Positions 54,640 to 62,000 of a stretch of DNA of 62,000 nucleotides are shown piece by piece. The stretch covers positions 62,001 to 124,000 of the forward strand of contig MU058037.1 in the NCBI GenBank assembly GCA_013265495.1, read 5' to 3'. Within the stretch, counting starts at the first letter, position 1; the number at the start of each line of letters is the position of its first letter. This stretch comes from Vicugna vicugna. Its lineage: Eukaryota. The notes under the pieces were generated by a model, which did not search any database, had not been told where the DNA came from, and was given only the letters and a program-made list of their open reading frames with translations. A program made the translations under genes and the position numbers.

Positions 54640-55000
54640 CAGCAACAATATATTAAGCACCTGCTGTACACTCCACATTATACTAGTTTCTAGGAGAGAT
54701 ATGGGAATATAAGACATTGTTTCTGCCCTTGAAGAGCTTATGATCTTGCTTAAGAAAAACTATCAAGTGACAAGACAACAAATTATATAATAGTGTGGAG
54801 TTAAGCATTAAGAATGTGGATACAACTGAAAGCCAGATAAGCCAGATAGATCTAAGGGAGGAAGGGAGCCATGAGTTTGGGAAGGTCTTATAAAGTAGGA
54901 GACATGTGAGTCTGACCTCAAAGGAAGGAATGAGTGCATTTCTAGGGGGGAGAAAATACAAGTAGATGTATGAAGATGGGGCTGTGAAATGAGGGCCTGT
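54640..55000 (-). mobile_element. L2 3' fragment
   Basis: caacaatatattaagcacctgctgtac...aagacattgtttctgcccttgaagagctta. Confidence 0.6.
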
Positions 55001-55283
55001 ATTCATAAAGGGAAGAGGGGCTGGACACAGGCCACTCAAATGTAGGGGTTTAGCGTATAAAACCCCAGGTCCGTGTAGTGTCCAGGCCCTATTTGGAATC
55101 ATCTTTACCACCATCCAGTGGCAAAACTGAAAATGGAAGTTACTTATCAAATTCAAGAATAACTGAATGTAGATCATTCTTGCCAAGGTGATGGTGGCCA
55201 TCTTGCTGCGTGAAGAGACAAACATCCTTTAGCAATGTGGGCCCCAAGCTCTTAGATAAATATCTCTAGATGGAAGTAAGACC

Positions 55284-55773
55284 TTAGTGCAGATGCTCCC
55301 AGGGTCCCACCCATATTCTCTCAGTTCACACTCACCTCTACTTGTCAGGCTACTTACTGCAAACACCTGCTGCTCTTTGCTTCTGGCTTTTATAAAACAA
55401 CAACAAAAGCAGTTCTGATTATAGGGACACATACAGCATCTGGAATTGCTCGAGATTTATTTAATGTTCTAGGATGTAGCCTGATCAATTAATTAATGAT
55501 GGCTGGAGAGCTGGGGAATGAATAGCCGGCTCCTTCACCCACAGTTGGGATAACGTGGGTGATACGTGTTCTCCAGTGTCTCCCTGAGTTCCCCAGTGAG
55601 ACTGAGCCCTGGGTGGACACTTGCTTGAGAACACTCCCATGACTGGCTTCCTGCTATTCCCTGTTTCACGTCCTTACTTCCTTACCAGTGTTTTCGGATA
55701 TCACCTCCCAAGGTAACTGCTTGTATTCCATCCTCATCTTGGCTATACTTGAAGCCCATGAGTTAAACCTAAA
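55284..55773 (+). mobile_element. Solo LTR, LTR16 family (degraded)
   Basis: gagttccccagtgagactgagccc...ggcttcctgctattccctgtttcac...tcacctcccaaggtaactgcttg. Confidence 0.65.
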
Positions 55774-56530
55774 GTGGAAGATGGGGATCTTTCAAAACAC
55801 CAGACACAATATTCTCGAGAGGATTTTCTTAGAGAGCATGAAGATAAAAATAGCTTCCCTATTCCCCCATTGCCTTCTTTTGTTCAAAATCTGAATTCTG
55901 AAGTTGCAGGAACGACATATTATTCAAGGCTTCCCATATGAAATAACAACTGGTGTTGATTTCCTTTTTTTTTTTTTTTTGGTCTTTTAAAGGTTAGAGA
56001 TTACTCACCTCCCCTGCTGGTCATTAAATCAGTCTGGCAGGATTCCTCGGAAGTTCTGTGGCCTTCCGGGCATGTGGCGGCAGCACAGGCAGTGCTGCAG
56101 ACAGGCCTGCTTGCTGTGATGTGCTACCAAGCAGGTGACTGCAAAGGCCTGCTTCAAGCCCATCTCAGGTATCCCTTGGGGCTCACACTGAGCCCCAAAG
56201 TCAGGTACCAGATGGCAGATAACACAAAGTCAAAGCTGATCAGATCCCCTGGCTCTTGTGCCAAGGGATGCTGCAACCTCTCAGGCAGGAAACAAGTAAC
56301 TTCTTTTAGCTTCCTTCTCCTTCTCTTAATTATCCTAAGAAGTCACCAGTTTGGTGCTCAGCTGTTTGTATGAGGTTTCTAAGTCGGGTGCATCCTGAGA
56401 GGTTCAGTCTTCCTGTTCATTAAAAAACATCATCCTTCTCTAACTCTAACATGGCATCTATCAAGATACTGAGTCATTAAAAAGGTGCACTTCCTCTCAC
56501 ACTACAGCTTTATATTTAAATTTCAGTTTA

Positions 56531-56670
56531 TCTTTTGAAGAGGGTGATGTTCTGTTGGAGTTCAGCAGGTGCTCTGGTTGGCTGGGTGGGTCCGTGGATG
56601 TGAGTTTTGGTGTATTTGTGGGAGAGGGTGAGCTACGAGCATCCTTCTATTCCGTCATCTTGGCCCCTCC
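56531..56670 (-). mobile_element. 140-bp L1 5'-terminus fragment without poly(A), flanked by a perfect 15-bp duplication
   Basis: The minus strand reads ggaggggccaagatgacggaatagaaggatgctcgtagctcaccctctcccacaaatacacc..., an L1 5' UTR start with the CAAGATG(G)CG YY1-type motif. The sequence ttaaatttcagttta occurs at 56516-56530 and 56671-56685. Confidence 0.8.
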
Positions 56671-57710
56671 TTAAATTTCAGTTTAAATTAGCAGTTTACC
56701 CAGTTTGTCCCAAATGCTTATCTACATGGGGGAGTAAAAGATTGTTCCCGAAGTCTAAATGACACAATACACAGTGGGCATTTGAGGATGCTAGTCACAC
56801 AAATGAAATGTGTTAGAAATCAGACAACCTTAGAATGATATTGTACTTGGATTATCTGGAAGCTGTTCCTATGAAATGCCAGGGGAATGAAAAGCCATCT
56901 CACTCTCCTTACTTTTCTCTTAGTGCAAAAATAAAGTGCAAAAGGCAGTTGGCTTGTCCACCGGATGCACGAATGCTGCTCTTTTAGGCCTGGCCTCAAT
57001 CATTTCTAAGAGTACCTACCACCTGGATAACTCATAGTAAGGACTGGGCTACCCAAGTCATTGTAGCACCTGTCACCAGACAAAGCACCCTGAGATGCTA
57101 AGAGCATATCCCAGTGTCTGTGGAGATGATCTTTAAGGTGCCTTCCAAACCCAAGGGTCTTTGATCCCGTTTCTTGGATGGAAGTTCTTCTTTTGTCATT
57201 TTATGCTCAGGAAAGCAAAGCAGCTGGACTAGGCAACAAAGCACTGCCTCCTGCCTCCTGCCTCCTCGGCAGCTCACTGCATACAGTGGGGTCTTAAATC
57301 CTGTCAGGAGAAGCCCAGCCTAGTGGGTGACTGCTACGGATTGAGGGTCAGGCCTGCCAATAACGGGCGCTCTGACAAGTCTCAAGGCCAGCATCAATTC
57401 AGCAGCCTTGCTACTGAAGCAGTTAGACTGTTTTCAGTTTCTTGGGTTCCTCTATGGTGGGATTTAGACCATAAAGGACAGAGCTATAGGAGAACAAGAT
57501 GACTGCATCTTGGGGAAGATTACGCAGGAAAATCTTGTCTTTGTCTGATTGTTCAACCAAGCATCTCCTCAGAAGTCATAGTATTTGACCCCTGTCGAAG
57601 TTCTAGAAGATTTTTGGATGTGAACTTCTCTTTGGCATTTTTACATTTTACGTAATCAGTGCAGATGAAAAAAATCCGAACAAAAGAAACAAAGAACCCC
57701 TTCAAGCAGG

Positions 57711-57897
57711 ATTTGGGGCCAGATAATTCTTTGTTGTGCAGGGCTGTCCTGCACGCATAGGATGTTGAACAGCATCCATGACCTCCACCCACTAGATGCC
57801 AGTAGCCACCCACCCTCAGTTGTGACAATTTAAAGTTTCTCCAACCATTGCTGAATGTCCCCTGCAGGGCAGAGTTGCCCCTGGTTGAGAACCACTG
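57711..57897. mobile_element. MER20 (hAT-Charlie)
   Basis: atttggggccagataattctttgttgtg...ccactagatgccagtagc...cccctggttgagaaccactg. Confidence 0.88.
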
Positions 57898-57954
57898 GTT
57901 ATTAAACAGCATTAACTTCCTGAAATTGCTCCTGGAAGGGAGTTTTGGAAGACT

Positions 57955-58122
57955 GTATAGGCACTTCTTTATGTAAAGGACCAAAGAGTAAATACTTTAG
58001 GCTTTGAGAGTCACAGGCCATCTCTGTCTCATATTCATCTTTGTTTTTGTTTTGTTTTGTTACAGTCTTTTAAAAATATAAAAACTCCTAAGCTCAAAAA
58101 TAGGCTGGAATTTGCCCATCCT
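57955..58122. mobile_element. MER58-like hAT-Charlie remnant
   Basis: tgtaaaggaccaaagagtaaatactttaggctttg...tctctgtc. Confidence 0.6.
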
Positions 58123-59084
58123 TAGACTGTAGAGAAAGAAATGATGGCAATTCCTGTAATGACTGAAATTGCTGAGACAGTATTTGGAAAAACTGGGATC
58201 TTGATCCAGCTACCAAGTCTCTGTGACCCTGAGCTAGCACTTATGCTGCCCTTCGTGGAATGCTTGAATTAAATAGTTCCAAGTTAAATTCTATTAATCT
58301 CATTTTGCAACTTAGTTCTCCTTCATATACTTAAACATAAAAAGTTTAAATAAATAGAAACTCAACATTTGAACAAAGTGAGATTCCCCAAGTAAGTAAG
58401 AGTAAGAATGTCTGTGTAGTGAGGATGTGTCCTTCCCTTGCTTTGGAATAAAATATCCTATGTGGTTCCTCTGAAGAAGAGGATGTTGTGCAGAGGAGAT
58501 GCCTCTACCCAGTTTCAAAATTGGAGTTTTGATATGACTACACAGATGATCAAGGAAGGAAGAATGCTATCTTGGAAAAAGAAAAGCCTAGAAACTGCCT
58601 GAAAATTGTAAACATAAAAATGTTATTTTGAAAATATATTTCATAGTAGTTTCTGTGGAATTTTCTTTGCCCATCACATAAATGTCTGAGTAAACTAGGG
58701 CAGACAGTCCATTGGACAGATATTTACTGAGGGTCTACTAGGTGCCAGGGACTGTGTGAGGCACTGGAGTTGAATCCACCTGGACCCGACCATGAACAGC
58801 ACTCAAAAAGAAAATTGCTGCATTCAATCATCCAGAGACTTTTCCAGTAAAATATTTTGTCTTTGTATATTGCTAATTCCAAATAGCTTATGGTTTACTT
58901 TGGGCATGTAGAATTTCTATATGTGGATTTCCATTGAGATCAGGCAGCATCCGTCAAGAGAATCTCCTTATGATCCAGATGCAACTTTTAGAACAGTGGT
59001 ATAGGGTGGGATGAGACTTTGATCAAACAGAGTTCATTTAGATAACAAAAATGTACATTTTAAATCATTCAGGTAGTTTATCAC

Positions 59085-59300
59085 ATGGGAGGCAGTAAAG
59101 GAGAGTGAAAAGAGCACTGGGCTGGGCGTTAAAACCCTAGGTCCCAGTCCTGGTTCTCTTTGTCTTTCTTCTATGGACAAGTCAGTTAATTTCTAAGGAA
59201 CACTTTTTACATCTGTAAAATGGAATAATACCACTTTTCCTGCCTACCCTGAGGTGTTCACTATATTTAAACACACTGTACATGTTTATAACTTAGAAGC
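59085..59300. mobile_element. MIR
   Basis: gaggcagt...gaaaagagcactgggctggg...ggacaagtcagttaa...catctgtaaaatggaataata. Confidence 0.7.
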
Positions 59301-62000
59301 TGTTATAAAGGTGATATCGTTATTATAAGCACTGGGCTAAACTGGCTCTTCACTCTACACAGATGATTCTGGAATAAATCAAGTATTGTCTCTGCCACAG
59401 CCAGATCAATTCTCAACTAAGACCTGCTTACACTTCATTTTAGGTGATCCAGAAGAAACATATCTATAAAATCTCATGAGGTACTAACTCTAAAATTTGC
59501 TGCAAGATGAACATCATGGATTTTCTGTTAAAATAGAATAATGAGCTAAATTTAATCTTCTAGGGAAATGAAGACTTTTAAAGATCAACATGTTTTTAAA
59601 GGGGTTCAGAAATTAGTGGTTGATCCCTTACCAGCACCATCAGGTCCCACCCACTTCCACTCCAAATTACATCCTTGCCCTGCAGCCTTCAGAGGAAAAC
59701 CATTGCTAGGGAGAATCACCCCTCTCATAGATGGTGGTCAGATTCTACACTGCCGAGGTCAGAGCACCTCTGCAATCATGTCACTTGTATAAATTTGAGG
59801 AAGCGCCTGCAAAGCAGATCAGCTGGATTTTCGAACATGGATTATTTTTTCTGTGATACCCTCAATTATACTTTTCAAAAATCAACCTGGATTTTCACTT
59901 TTTGTCATCATCCCTTCCCAGTCTGTTTTTGATAAGAAAGTAGTTGGACTGAAATCCTAAGAAGATCTCCTTCTTTGAAGAGGTACCACCCCCGAGCACT
60001 CTGAGGAGTAAATGACACAGCCCTGCAAGTTACTTCCTTCAGTTTCATAGTGAAGCCTCAGACCCTGGTTATGCTTTGTCCACTTTCCTTCAAATGTGAT
60101 GTTATAAAATAGGCAGGGGCTGGTTGGTATCGTGTACAATGTCAACTGTCAGGGCTGTCCTTGATGCCAGCAACAGAGTATCAGAATAACACTAGTAAGG
60201 GCAGAAACAGTGACTCTCTCACTCCTAACACCTTTTGTAAAGGACAAATCTTTTCATGTCTCTAATAGGAAAAAGAAAAAAGATAAGTGCGTGTTGCACA
60301 CTTTACATTACCATGACTACCGAGGGTCCATTGTTTTTTCTGTCCCCTCGGCTCCAAACCTAACAAATATACGGGTTGGATATAAGAAAAAAAATGGATA
60401 TATAAAATTGAAGGCAATTCCCTCAGTTTCATAAATCTGGGTTTTCGTAAGTGCTATGAATTCATTTCACCAGAGAGCCATCAGCTATAAATGAGTTCTG
60501 ACCACTCTTCCACTTGATTGTGGTTTTCCCTAGATACCTAGAACATGAAAAAACATCCCATTTCTTAAAACAATTCACTGACAAGACCGCCGTCCTTTAA
60601 ACTTGCCCTTTAGATCCAGAGGCAAAGCCAGCCTCCCTTTCCCTCCTGACCCAACTTTCTCTTCTGATACGGTTTTCTGTCCTGAACAGATCAAAATCAA
60701 ATAGGAGAGAAACAATCTAGTTGAAAAGAGATCTGATGTGCCTGTTGATGTCTCATTAACCTTGAGAGTGAATATAACTGGTGGCTGCCCGTCACAGTGG
60801 CGTGACGGTTTGTTAGGGCGGAAAGAAAAAGCCAGTGGGAACAATCACCTCAAAAAAAAAAATACAAAAAACATCATTTAGTAGATCATCTATCAGAAGA
60901 TGGGACAGCTTTCTAACTGTCAGGACTGGCTAAATTATAGTTTTCTTAAGCCTATGATGAAACTACTACATGTTTTCTTGGGAAAGTATCTGGAGCAGTA
61001 TTTATCTGTGTGTCAAAATACGTTACTTAAAGTATTGGGGAAAAAAACCACTCCAGTGTTGGAAGTCTAATCATGAGAAAAACAAACAGCTTGGGATTAA
61101 TGTTATGAAGGTTCTGTGATGAGTATGGTGATAATGTGTGTGCCATTAAAAATATCACCTGCCACCCAACGTGGGAAGGTCCTAATTCCACTAAGTCCCT
61201 AGTCAGATTCTACTTATTACTAATTGCTGATTGATAACATGTCAACAAATAAAGGGAAGAAAATAATAGAGGAAAATTGGCTTGTCTCTAGGGATCAAGG
61301 GTTACCTGTAGAGGAAAAAAGAAGGAAAGCATTTCCCAGGTTCACTGGCTGACTCCCCGTGGAATAAGTAGACTAGAAATCTAACCAGCCTCCAGATCTG
61401 GACCAGAGACTCACCCAAAACCAGCACCTTCCATCCCTCCGCCCCAGGGCTGCAGCTGGGACTGGTTCCTGTCTGCCCTCCCCAGAGGAGAACCTTAAGT
61501 AAACAAGACCCATAATCCCTACCAGGACTTGGATGGAACATTCTCCCCTATTTTTGCTTTTCTCTGAAGGTCTCCACTTTCCCATCTCTAGCCCTCACTC
61601 CTCTGCTTTTCTTAGGAACTTCTTGAAAGTTATCACCATGAACCTCACTTTTTACATCAGTTTCCCACCTCGGGCTGACGGCACAACCTGTTTCTGCCAC
61701 TGTCACCCTCTAACCAGCTGCTCGGTTTCGCGTGCTCTCCTCAGGGCCACACAGACTGGCTTCTGTCCTCATCTTTCTGTCTCTGCCCCTCACCCTCACG
61801 CCCAAATGCACCCAAATAAAACTAGATCAGTCGAATCCCTCATTTCCCAAAGAAGTTTTTGCATTTCGGAGGAGAGGAGCTACTGTGAAAGAGGAAACAT
61901 ATGCGAATTACACACATCACTTTCCACCCTAGAAGACCGAGATGGCTACCTCGCTGGGGGAAGAGGGCAGCAGGGCAGACCCGGTTCTCGCCAGTACCGC

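Larger units (their letters stand above)
27183..62000 (-). other. PTCHD1: PTCHD1 intron 1 (partial; exon 1 lies beyond the window end)
   Basis: No ORF resembling the PTCHD1 N-terminus is present in the window. The region is repeat-rich and non-coding. PTCHD1 is known to be a 3-exon gene with a long first intron. Confidence 0.88.

Noticed and set aside
54683..55225. 180-aa ORF (also the 173-aa ORF at 17952, the 143-aa ORFs at 31435 and 57553, and the 138-aa ORFs at 29535 and 52729)
   Set aside because: There is no recognisable domain or splice context. Several overlap L2/MER20 repeats, and such lengths arise by chance in 62 kb when alternative starts are allowed.

Overview
This is mammalian genomic DNA, most likely from a camelid, judging by two tRNA-Ala-derived SINEs of the camelid (vic-1-like) type. 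It holds the 3' part of the X-linked neurodevelopmental gene PTCHD1 on the minus strand. Exon 2 is 27182-26522 (661 nt) and the coding part of exon 3 is 15106-13452 (1655 nt, ending ...DQITTV*). A very long putative 3' UTR runs to candidate poly(A) signals near 10.5, 4.55 and 3.78 kb. Intron 2 is 11.4 kb, and more than 34 kb of intron 1 follows. Exon 1 lies beyond the right edge, where CpG density starts to rise. The non-coding DNA is full of old eutherian repeats: five co-oriented LTR16-type solo LTRs, L1, L2, MIR and hAT/Tigger/mariner MITEs. I see no other credible protein-coding gene, no CRISPR or prokaryotic features, and no demonstrably new biological system. The most unusual observations are four: (1) a tailless 140-bp insertion of only the extreme 5' end of an L1, between perfect 15-bp target duplications; (2) a 58-bp copy of nearby unique intron sequence inserted into an old L1; (3) tandem miR-9 8mer sites just before a proximal poly(A) signal; (4) CA tracts in the long 3' UTR. 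Repeat family names come from recalled consensus sequences and need RepeatMasker/Dfam confirmation. Most repeat boundaries are approximate.
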